Below are positions 10,548 to 18,238 of a DNA stretch of 64,000 nt, in pieces. Origin of the DNA: Candidatus Sulfopaludibacter sp. SbA3 (GTDB lineage: Bacteria; Acidobacteriota; Terriglobia; 20CM-2-55-15); NCBI GenBank assembly GCA_945865815.1, contig CAMBFR010000003.1, forward strand, positions 1,258 to 65,257, read 5' to 3'. Both the position numbers and the translations under genes were made by a program. Position 1 is the stretch's first letter. Every line of letters starts with the position of its first letter. Below the pieces are notes generated by a model. That model was not told where the DNA came from. It searched no databases and worked only from the letters and a program-made list of their open reading frames with translations.

Positions 10548-10548
10548 C

Positions 10549-11100
10549 TTAAGAACTCCGCTCTTCTAGTCGTTTTTTTATTTCAAGCAACGTGTCCATG
10601 TGGGGACTGAACTGCTCCTGGAGACATTGACACGTATTCACATTAAGATTCGTCCCACAGGATGGACAAAGACCCTTGCAGTCTACCTTGCAAAGCGGCT
10701 TCATCGGAAGAGCCAGCAGCAATTGCTCGCGCAGAATCTCGGTGATCGCCAGCTTCGTACCGGTGAAAAATGCCGTACGCGTCTCTTGATCGTCCAGTTC
10801 CACTTCTTCGTCCTCATCGAACATCATTTCATCGCGCTGCCGAAAGTAGAGGTCAAACGGCTTCGTGACCTCGCAACGCGCAACCTCAAGACACCGCGAA
10901 CACGGAAGTTCAACGCCCGTCTTGAGTGTTCCTGTAACGCGAACTTCACTGCCGGCGCGTTCCGCTGCGACAGACCAGTCCAAAGTCCCGGCTTGCTGCA
11001 GGTTCTCGGCGGCAAGATCGATAAGGCCGGACTCGAACGAGCCCTGTACCGAAACCTTACCCTCAGCCAGGTCATTGAGTTCTATGAAATACTGCTTCAT
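10549..11100 (-). CDS. yceD: YceD/DUF177 family protein (large-subunit rRNA accumulation)
   Basis: Acidic protein with C-terminal CxxC...CxxC (CKVDCKGLCPSCGTNLNV). It sits immediately upstream of rpmF, the conserved yceD-rpmF-plsX arrangement. Confidence 0.8.
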   Translation of the reverse strand: MKQYFIELNDLAEGKVSVQGSFESGLIDLAAENLQQAGTLDWSVAAERAGSEVRVTGTLKTGVELPCSRCLEVARCEVTKPFDLYFRQRDEMMFDEDEEVELDDQETRTAFFTGTKLAITEILREQLLLALPMKPLCKVDCKGLCPSCGTNLNVNTCQCLQEQFSPHMDTLLEIKKRLEERSS

Positions 11101-11155
11101 TTTTCAGTCTGGCGCCCGCCCCGCCCTGGTGGCGGGTGCGGGGAACTCGGAAAAC

Positions 11156-11878
11156 CTATTGTGCCGCAGGAGGTGTCTGGGCCGCAGGCGGTGCAGGCGT
11201 CACGCCGAGGCGCTTCAGGGCCTCGTCAGTCGGCCCACGGAAGGGTGAGTCCGCGTGTTCCGCAACTACTTTCTGATAGTAATCCTTGGCCTGGTCCACT
11301 TGATTGTTCGACTCGTGAAGTTGTGCCAGCTCAAACGCCACAGCGGCCTTCGAATATCCGCCGCTATCATAGAGCTGTTTGTAGAGCTCAATAGCCTTGG
11401 CAAAGTCGCCGTGCTTCTTGTGAATGCCTCCCAGGGCAAACCGCGCGACACCCTTGATGCTCTCATCCCCACGGTCGATCACCTGCTGCAACGTCTCGGT
11501 AGCTTTGGCTGTGTCGCCCAGCCCTTCCTGGCTCAGGCCGATGTAATACTGCGCAATGACACCGGCGGGCATGGAGCCGTACGCGTCAAAGGTCTTCTGG
11601 GCTTCCACAATCGTCTTCTCGTACCGTTCCTTGTCAGTCGGAATCACAGGATTGCTGAAGGCGGTAATCGCCAGGGATAGCTGGTCCTGGGCACTCGCGT
11701 CTCGACTCGAGGAATAGACGCTCCAGCCAATCAGAACGATGCCGATAACCACCAGTACCGAAACACCGGTTATGACCTCTTTCTTATGGTCATAGACGCT
11801 ATCTGTAAAATTTCGCAGTGTGGTCGTGATCTCATCCTGAACCTTCAGGTCATGACGAGTCATTTTGGTGCGCGCCAC
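11156..11878 (-). CDS. membrane-anchored TPR-repeat protein (YfgM-like)
   Basis: N-terminal transmembrane helix (VITGVSVLVVIGIVLIGW) followed by TPR-like helical repeats and an Ala/Pro-rich tail. Confidence 0.55.
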   Translation of the reverse strand: MARTKMTRHDLKVQDEITTTLRNFTDSVYDHKKEVITGVSVLVVIGIVLIGWSVYSSSRDASAQDQLSLAITAFSNPVIPTDKERYEKTIVEAQKTFDAYGSMPAGVIAQYYIGLSQEGLGDTAKATETLQQVIDRGDESIKGVARFALGGIHKKHGDFAKAIELYKQLYDSGGYSKAAVAFELAQLHESNNQVDQAKDYYQKVVAEHADSPFRGPTDEALKRLGVTPAPPAAQTPPAAQ

Positions 11879-11946
11879 AAATCCTCCCTAAACTCGTATC
11901 TGAAAACCAGTAAGTTTAGTGTACAAATGGCTTCTTTTACAAACGA

Positions 11947-12102
11947 ATGATGCATCTGAGCGCCGAAACAGCCCTGGATCTGATCGAAGGCCGCCTGAGT
12001 CCTGACGAGCGCGCCGCGTGGGAAGCGCACGCCCAGGCATGCAAGGACTGCGAGAACGAGATCGAATACTGGAAACGCGCGCTGGGGATGCTGGAATGAA
12101 GA
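11947..12102 (+). CDS. small zf-HC2 (putative anti-sigma-factor zinc finger)-like protein, 51 aa
   Basis: Translates as MMHLSAETALDLIEGRLSPDERAAWEAHAQACKDCENEIEYWKRALGMLE. The pattern H...C..C plus the 'LSPDE' segment matches the zf-HC2 anti-sigma N-terminal motif. There is no obvious Shine-Dalgarno and no adjacent sigma factor. It is below the size cutoff of the ORF track. Confidence 0.3.
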
Positions 12103-12107
12103 CGCGG

Positions 12108-12165
12108 GCATAAAGCCCGCGGCTGCGTAGCCGCAGGCTTTACGCCTGCGTTCAGGCGAAGAGGT
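12108..12165. terminator. cluster of GC-rich hairpins; GCGGGCATAAAGCCCGC motif also found at 18205-18238
   Basis: GCGGGCATAAAGCCCGC stem-loop followed by GCAGGCTTTACGCCTGC stem-loop. It lies between convergent genes. The same hairpin sequence recurs between the two giant genes. Confidence 0.4.
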
Positions 12166-12170
12166 TTGAG

Positions 12171-13151
12171 CTACCTGGCCGCTTGTGCCGGCCGGGGCGC
12201 CTGCACTACAAGAAAGTCCGTTGTTCCATCGCCGAGCACCGGCTTGGCCCAACCGATGTTCCCGCCGGTAATTCCTGTGGACGCGCTCACGCCGGAAACT
12301 GTCAGTGTGTAGACGCGCTTGTCACCAGCAGGCAGGCTGGGCAGGTTCCACACTGCAGTCTCGGCATTCCTCGCATCCCGCTTCACTCCCTGATAGCCTG
12401 CGCCGGTATTGGCCGCAACCGTGATCTCCGGGGCCAGTGTCAACGAGACAGTGAGGTTTTCAGCCTTAAGCCCCTTGTCCGCTATGCCGACATTACTCAC
12501 GGTGAGCGTGAAGGTGGTGCCTCTGTCGCCGGAAGTTCCGGCGCTGATCTGGCCCGTGATGGGCACGCGCAGCCCGGCCTCGACGGTCATGAATTCCCAG
12601 ATTTGCCGCAATGCCACTTCCGGCAGTCTCGTCCGCGAGTAATTGCCCATTCGGAGACGGGCCTGGTCCCCCATCGCTGTAGTGTGCGTATACACCATCG
12701 ATTTGAACCATTCAAAATCCGCGCCTTCGCCGCCCGCATCTCTACGTGGATTCCCCATCACCGCGCCGTGGCACTGGCCGCAGCCATTGGCAATAAGGAT
12801 CGCCTGCCTGTCGCTGGCATTCGGAGGAATGGGTGTCCGCCAGTTTCCAGGAGCCGCAACCTTCGGCAAGCTGCCCATGTACGCCGCGAGATTGGCAACA
12901 TCCTGATCGCTGAAATTCTTCTCGGGAGTGAATCTTGGCATCACGCCCCATGGCTGACGCACGGCGCGCATGAACTGCGCCGGGGTCAGTTGATGACCGG
13001 CTAGATCGGGACCGAACATGCCCTCGCCGTTGTTGCCGTGGCAATTGCTGCAGGCGTTGTTGGTCGTCCAGAGAGTCTTCCCGGCCGCAACGTCGCCTGC
13101 CGGACCCTGAGCCAGGGGAAGCAAAAGCATCGCAATGAGAATAGCGTTCAT
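12171..13151 (-). CDS. dihaem c-type cytochrome with C-terminal beta-sandwich domain (paralog 1)
   Basis: Signal peptide MNAILIAMLLLPLAQG. Two haem-binding motifs, CSNCH and CGQCH. The C-terminal Thr/Gly-rich region resembles a DUF11-like fold. About 55-60% identical to the ORF at 25600..26619. Confidence 0.8.
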   Translation of the reverse strand: MNAILIAMLLLPLAQGPAGDVAAGKTLWTTNNACSNCHGNNGEGMFGPDLAGHQLTPAQFMRAVRQPWGVMPRFTPEKNFSDQDVANLAAYMGSLPKVAAPGNWRTPIPPNASDRQAILIANGCGQCHGAVMGNPRRDAGGEGADFEWFKSMVYTHTTAMGDQARLRMGNYSRTRLPEVALRQIWEFMTVEAGLRVPITGQISAGTSGDRGTTFTLTVSNVGIADKGLKAENLTVSLTLAPEITVAANTGAGYQGVKRDARNAETAVWNLPSLPAGDKRVYTLTVSGVSASTGITGGNIGWAKPVLGDGTTDFLVVQAPRPAQAAR

Positions 13152-13230
13152 TTTTTTCTCCTTAATGTCGGACTACTTTATGCCAAACCGGTTGGAGCGC
13201 AAAGAAAGTTTACGCGCGGGAAAGATCAAT

Positions 13231-13304
13231 AGCCCCGGGCAGATTCGAACTGCCGACCTCCGGTTTAGGAAACCGCTGCTCTATCCATCTGAGCTACGGG
13301 GCCG
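13231..13304 (-). tRNA. tRNA-Arg (anticodon CCT)
   Basis: Minus-strand sequence GGCCCCGTAGCTCAGATGGATAGAGCAGCGGTTTCCTAAACCGGAGGTCGGCAGTTCGAATCTGCCCGGGGCTA folds as a cloverleaf. It has a 7-bp acceptor stem, D-arm GCTC/GAGC, anticodon loop TTCCTAA and T-arm GGCAG-TTCGAAT-CTGCC. No CCA is encoded. Confidence 0.85.
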
Positions 13305-13314
13305 TGTTGTGATT

Positions 13315-13752
13315 CTAACAAGTTACGATCGGTTTGAGCATAGCTTCGGCGCCCTCCAACCCTTCCTCAGATCGAATCGGCCGCAGTGGAAAAGTGCGGA
13401 TCAGTTGTAGACATTTCGATGAGATCTTTGCCATAACCGCGGTCACGATCGCACTCGCCTCCAGCTCCTTTTGATGCGAATTGAGTACGGACAAACAGAC
13501 CGACGCGTGCTGCCGGACTGAAAAACCCACGACTCGAATAATTCCGTGATGCGGAAGGCCGCGCAGAATCGCGAGTTCGCCGAAATCTTTATCTAATGTC
13601 ACGCGAACTCGACTATCTGCATGAGCGCGGTTGAGAATTTCTTCGTCGCCTGGATCTACTTCCCAATCGCCTGTCCAAATGACGTCGTGGCCGGCGGCCC
13701 GGATTTCAATCTGGGCGGGTCCCCATACACACGTATCCAGCAGAACCTTCAC
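13315..13752 (-). CDS. DUF5615 (PIN-like/Mut7-C) family protein, putative toxin partner of DUF433
   Basis: MKVLLDTCVWGPAQIEI... has the DUF5615 N-terminal pattern. Its start overlaps the stop of the upstream DUF433 gene by 4 nt. Confidence 0.6.
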   Translation of the reverse strand: MKVLLDTCVWGPAQIEIRAAGHDVIWTGDWEVDPGDEEILNRAHADSRVRVTLDKDFGELAILRGLPHHGIIRVVGFSVRQHASVCLSVLNSHQKELEASAIVTAVMAKISSKCLQLIRTFPLRPIRSEEGLEGAEAMLKPIVTC

Positions 13753-14015
13753 AAGGCGGTTTCAACAGCAAAGGGCTCAATTCTCTCGTGACCGACGATC
13801 TTACGAGCGTAAACCAGGCATGCTTGAATATCTTGTCTCTCGAGGAAGGGATACCCGGATAGGATCGTCTCAACCGAATCGCCAGCGGCAAGCATATCCA
13901 GAACATGCTCGACGGCAATGCGCCGCCCGCGAATGATTGGCTTACCGCCGAAAATGGACGGATTCACTGTGATGCGCGATAGCAACTCTATTTCATTCAT
14001 GGTGTGATCCTCCAT
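13749..14015 (-). CDS. DUF433 family protein (putative antitoxin)
   Basis: VNPSIFGGKPIIRGRRIAVEHVLDMLAAG is the canonical DUF433 core. A 15-bp tandem duplication (CATGGTGTGATCCTC x2) spans the start and gives MEDHTMNE. Confidence 0.7.
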   Translation of the reverse strand: MEDHTMNEIELLSRITVNPSIFGGKPIIRGRRIAVEHVLDMLAAGDSVETILSGYPFLERQDIQACLVYARKIVGHERIEPFAVETAL

Positions 14016-14097
14016 GGTGTGATCCTCTCGCTGGTTCGATTATACCTTTCCTTAACTCCTTAACGTTTTACGGCCGTGAGCTTACCATGCTCTTCAG

Positions 14098-17000
14098 CTA
14101 GTTCAGCGAAAGCGTCAGGGGGGCGCCGTCGTCTCCGAAGAAGCGCAGGCTTCCGCTCGGCGACTGGCCCGCCGCTCCGCTGAATACGATGAATTCGGTT
14201 GTGAATCCCCCACCATTGACGATATGCGGGAACAGGAGTTCGGTGGATGATGCAGCCGCTCCTTCGTTCGTGGGAGGAGTGGTTGTCATGAGGTAACTGC
14301 CGAGCTCGTTGTATCGGCTTCGTATTCCGACAACAGAAATGCCGGAGGATGCCGACATTCGGAGCACGCCACGAAACGGATTCGGCAGGTTCGAAAAAAA
14401 GCTTCCGAGAGAATCCACGATCTGCCCGGCCGCAGGCAAAGTGCGGGCGACTGGCGCGGGCAGTCCCGTGGTGGATCCATCCATGTTGGTCAACTCCAGC
14501 GTGACAGTTCCCGCCGCGTTCGATGTATTTGCAATCGCGAAACCGCTTTCGATGTTGCCTGCCCTCCCCGGTATGCCGGACAACTCCACGTACATTCGAA
14601 AAGCAGAACCCTGAATCGCCGGCACACTCGCTTCGGAAAGCGTGATTCCGGCAGGCTTGTACGTGAAGACCGCCATCGCTGACGGCGCCACGCCTCCGCC
14701 CGCAGGGACTACGCGTACGGATCCCTGGGTCAAAACGGCGCCGCCTACACCGGACAATCTGGCCGAATCGCGGCCCGCCACCGAGTAAGGAACGCTGCGG
14801 CTCAGCTGACCGCCCTGGCTGTAAACCTCCACCGCACCCGTCAGCGCGTTATCGGTGGGATTGACCAACAGGATCTGGGTGGTCATGCCGCCACCATCGG
14901 CAAAGTGCGGAATGTACTGCGTGCCACTGGAAGCGGAAAGCGATGTATTCACCACGGGCAATGTGGTCATGAGGAATTCCGCAGGCGTCCGCTCGTTGAA
15001 GAAGGATCGGAGAGCGACTGCTGAAACGGGAACGCTGGAGCTGAAGCTGAATGTGCCCTGAATCGCATTGCCGCCATTGACCGGTTCACTATTCAGGAAG
15101 AACGCTTTCTGCGTGTTCGCGGGAATCGTAAACGTTCCGGTTCGGCCGGGCCCCGCGCTGTTTGTGATTTGAAAGGTGATGACAGCGGCCTGGCTATTGG
15201 GGTTGGCAATGGCAACACCGGTATTCAGCGGCCCATTCACTTCGGCATAAATACGTCCGTTCTGGATCGGGGACGACGCAGGAACGCCGGCTTCCGAGAC
15301 CAGCACATTGTTCTGGCGGAATCCTAGAATCGCAATTCCGGATGCCGTCGTGCTTCCCGAATCGGGCTGAATGCGCGTGTACCCCTGCACCAGTGCGCCG
15401 GCGCCGTCGGTCCTGAGAGAGGACCCTCCGCGATTGGCAACTGTAAAAGGCCGGACCGGAAGGGGCGGATCGGCCTGAAGAAGCACGATCCGCTGGCCCG
15501 CAACACTCGTGGTGATGTCTGTAAAGAACACATGACCCGCATCGCTGAGGTTGAGGTCGAGGAAAGTGCCGGTCAGCCACTGCCGATCCAAACGATCAAA
15601 ACGCCGCGCGACGGCGATATCGCGGCCGTCGGACTTATGCACGACAGCGATAACTTCGCCGGCGCCTGCGAAGTACGCGATATCGCCGCTCGCCGATGCA
15701 ACGAACTTGTTATTGTGGAACCACTGAACCGACGAGCCGAAGCTGAGGCCGCTGCCCCGCGACACGACAGGCCGCCACCCGCTTCCGTCGTAGTAAGCGA
15801 TGTGTTCCGCCGAATTGCCGGCCCATAAGAACGCATAAAAGCGGTTACCGGCTGCTTGAAGACTGGTGAAATTGGCGATTGGTTGGCCGCCCGGCCCCGA
15901 ATCACCAGCCGAACCGATGCGCCGTATCTGGCCGTTCTCCCAAAGAAACGCTGCCACGCCGCCACCGTTCAGTGTCGCGACAAAAGCCACGCGGCCATTT
16001 TCGTCGATGGCAATTTCGTTCAGGTAACTGTATGTTCCGCCGCCTGGTGCTGCAGTTCCCCCGCTCATTACCAGAGTCGGCCGCCCCCCGGCGCCCGGAA
16101 AGAAGAACACTCCGACTGACTGGTCGAAGCTTGCCTGCACCGCCATTTGACCGCGGTCGTTCACCGCATGCGGGCCGTATATCCAGCCCACATTCACACT
16201 CGCGAGACTCGCCATCTGGATCGCTCGGCCCGCAGCCATCACGAGTGTGGCAACGCTGTTGCGCCACAAGTGAATCGACCGGCCGACTGTTGTCTGGGTT
16301 TCGAACAGAATGTTTCCGCTGCGGCTCGAGAAGTGCTGGTCGATTGAGATCAATCTCCCTTCCGATCCCATAACGTCGCCGGGCGAAATCAACGGCTGAA
16401 TGGCATTTCGTGTAATCGCCGCCAGAATACCGCCAGCGGTTTTAAGAACAGGACCGCTGGGATTGATGCCGCGGCCCAGTTCCCTCCAGCGAAGGCCCGT
16501 CGACACGGCGCCGTCGATGGCGCGGCCGGTTTCCACAAGGGGCGCTGATGAGGTTGATACGCCGCTTACAAGCGCGATCCTCCCTGCCGAACTTCCGTGG
16601 CTTCCCCGCACCATGACGTCTCCGGTTGACCGGACCACTGCATTGCTGATGTCCAGCCAGTCATTGGCGCTGCTTCCTCCGTAGGGGGCAACCATGGAAA
16701 TCTGCTCGCCTTCCAACCGGAACACGCCGCTGCCCTGATCGGAGTCTCCCTTGAACACAACGGTGCTGCCGCGAGCATCGAACAGGTTATGGATGCCCCA
16801 GATGTTCGGAGAGTTCGATCCCGCGAGAGCAGGCACGACCTGCCGCCATGAACCGGTCGAATACTTGCCAATCATGTTGAAATCAGGGCCGCCAAAACGG
16901 CCGTACAGGTCGCCGGAATCGGTGCGCATGGGCACATCAAGCCATTGGATCGTCCGGCCCAGAACGACGTCGCCCGTGACGTACACTTTCTGAACTTGTC

Positions 17001-18201
17001 TGGCGTCCCACAAGAAACCACCTTGCCCTCGCGCGTTCCCGGCCATAAAGGTAACAGCGCCCGAGTTCGAAATCAGCGGCGGATTCATCCAGTCGGCAAC
17101 ACCAAGGCCAGGCAAAGTCTGCCCGCCGGTGACGACTGCTTCCGACTGTCCATCGGCGCGCATAACCCACATCTCGTTTGCGCGGCCGGTCCACAAGGTG
17201 ATTGCCAGATCTCCATTGTCGTTCAGAGATTTCGGACCGATATTAATGCAGCACGAACAGCACGCGCCGGATCGCAAAGGCGGGGGCATGACTACAGGGG
17301 AAAACGATGCACCGCGAAACGCCACAACAATGTCGAGGGGACGGTTGATCAGAACAACAACTTCGCCGCGGCCATTCATCGCAATTCCGTCGATGGTTTG
17401 AATGATTGCGTCTGCAACCGCCAGATTGTCGCCGGTAACGGCCAGAGTTCGAAGCGATCCGTTCTGGTAAACCATGGCGGCCTGCGAGCCGTTTGAGAGC
17501 GTCCCGATGAAGGCGAAGCGGTCGGCGCCGCCGTAGCTGATGTCTCCCATGGCGCGAAGCGTGACGGCGCTCGTCCGCACATCGTTGGCAATCGCCTGGC
17601 TCAGGCGATACGTGGGCCGCGTGCGAACCGTCACTGAAGCCTGACCGCCAAAGTGATACCTGGAATCGGCTGCGCCAATCAGTGCCGCAATCGTGGTCTC
17701 GCCCGCCTCAAGACCAGTGACGGTTCCCAGCGAATTCACCGACACGACGGCCGGCAGGCTCGAGAACCAGACAAACGGGACGTCGGCGAGAACGCGCCTG
17801 TCCGCGTCGACTGCTCTTACACTGACTGTTGCCGTCTGGCCAACTTCCAGCTCCACCCGGCTCGGCGTGATTTCAACCGCGAGAGGATAAACTCGGACTT
17901 CGAACCGTCCGGTTACCGAGTCTCCGGTCGCCTGGATTTCGGCGACGCCAGGCATCAGACCCTGCAGTTGGCCACGCTCGTCAACGCGCGCAATCTCGGG
18001 CCGGTTCGATGTCCAGACCGGTCGAAAACCCGAAACCGTAGCTCCTGTCACCGTCCTTGCCGTGGCACGCAACTGAAGGGAACGGGCGCTGATGACGAAA
18101 TCCTGCGGCGCCGTAATCTCAATAGTCGCCACGCTTACCGGCAGGTTTTGAGTCCACGCGGGAATGGATGCCAGAAAGCAGATCGCGGCCAGGAGCAGCA
18201 T
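14098..18201 (-). CDS. giant secreted protein with Big_2 Ig-like domains, NDxGxVAF-type beta-propeller-like repeats and C-terminal ~100-aa tandem modules
   Basis: Signal peptide MLLLAAICFLASIPAWTQ begins at the ATG near 18201. Big_2-like segments (TARTVTGATVSGFRPVWTSNRPEIARVDERGQLQGLMPGVAEIQA). Many repeats of the form I(N/D)xxGxVAFxAxLNGG. Three C-terminal GxAIANxxNxAxxT(F/L)xxTN modules. The N-terminal 56 codons of ORF 14098..18369 are not plausible coding. Confidence 0.7.
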   Translation of the reverse strand: MLLLAAICFLASIPAWTQNLPVSVATIEITAPQDFVISARSLQLRATARTVTGATVSGFRPVWTSNRPEIARVDERGQLQGLMPGVAEIQATGDSVTGRFEVRVYPLAVEITPSRVELEVGQTATVSVRAVDADRRVLADVPFVWFSSLPAVVSVNSLGTVTGLEAGETTIAALIGAADSRYHFGGQASVTVRTRPTYRLSQAIANDVRTSAVTLRAMGDISYGGADRFAFIGTLSNGSQAAMVYQNGSLRTLAVTGDNLAVADAIIQTIDGIAMNGRGEVVVLINRPLDIVVAFRGASFSPVVMPPPLRSGACCSCCINIGPKSLNDNGDLAITLWTGRANEMWVMRADGQSEAVVTGGQTLPGLGVADWMNPPLISNSGAVTFMAGNARGQGGFLWDARQVQKVYVTGDVVLGRTIQWLDVPMRTDSGDLYGRFGGPDFNMIGKYSTGSWRQVVPALAGSNSPNIWGIHNLFDARGSTVVFKGDSDQGSGVFRLEGEQISMVAPYGGSSANDWLDISNAVVRSTGDVMVRGSHGSSAGRIALVSGVSTSSAPLVETGRAIDGAVSTGLRWRELGRGINPSGPVLKTAGGILAAITRNAIQPLISPGDVMGSEGRLISIDQHFSSRSGNILFETQTTVGRSIHLWRNSVATLVMAAGRAIQMASLASVNVGWIYGPHAVNDRGQMAVQASFDQSVGVFFFPGAGGRPTLVMSGGTAAPGGGTYSYLNEIAIDENGRVAFVATLNGGGVAAFLWENGQIRRIGSAGDSGPGGQPIANFTSLQAAGNRFYAFLWAGNSAEHIAYYDGSGWRPVVSRGSGLSFGSSVQWFHNNKFVASASGDIAYFAGAGEVIAVVHKSDGRDIAVARRFDRLDRQWLTGTFLDLNLSDAGHVFFTDITTSVAGQRIVLLQADPPLPVRPFTVANRGGSSLRTDGAGALVQGYTRIQPDSGSTTASGIAILGFRQNNVLVSEAGVPASSPIQNGRIYAEVNGPLNTGVAIANPNSQAAVITFQITNSAGPGRTGTFTIPANTQKAFFLNSEPVNGGNAIQGTFSFSSSVPVSAVALRSFFNERTPAEFLMTTLPVVNTSLSASSGTQYIPHFADGGGMTTQILLVNPTDNALTGAVEVYSQGGQLSRSVPYSVAGRDSARLSGVGGAVLTQGSVRVVPAGGGVAPSAMAVFTYKPAGITLSEASVPAIQGSAFRMYVELSGIPGRAGNIESGFAIANTSNAAGTVTLELTNMDGSTTGLPAPVARTLPAAGQIVDSLGSFFSNLPNPFRGVLRMSASSGISVVGIRSRYNELGSYLMTTTPPTNEGAAASSTELLFPHIVNGGGFTTEFIVFSGAAGQSPSGSLRFFGDDGAPLTLSLN

Positions 18202-18238
18202 GCAGCCGCGGGCATAAAGCCCGCGGCTACCGCCTGCG

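Noticed and set aside
14286-17591. Numerous 60-180-aa ORFs on both strands within the giant protein genes (for example 15194..15580, 16945..17496)
   Set aside because: All lie inside the long continuous reading frames of the secreted repeat proteins. They have biased Arg/Ala/Pro composition typical of spurious high-GC frames.
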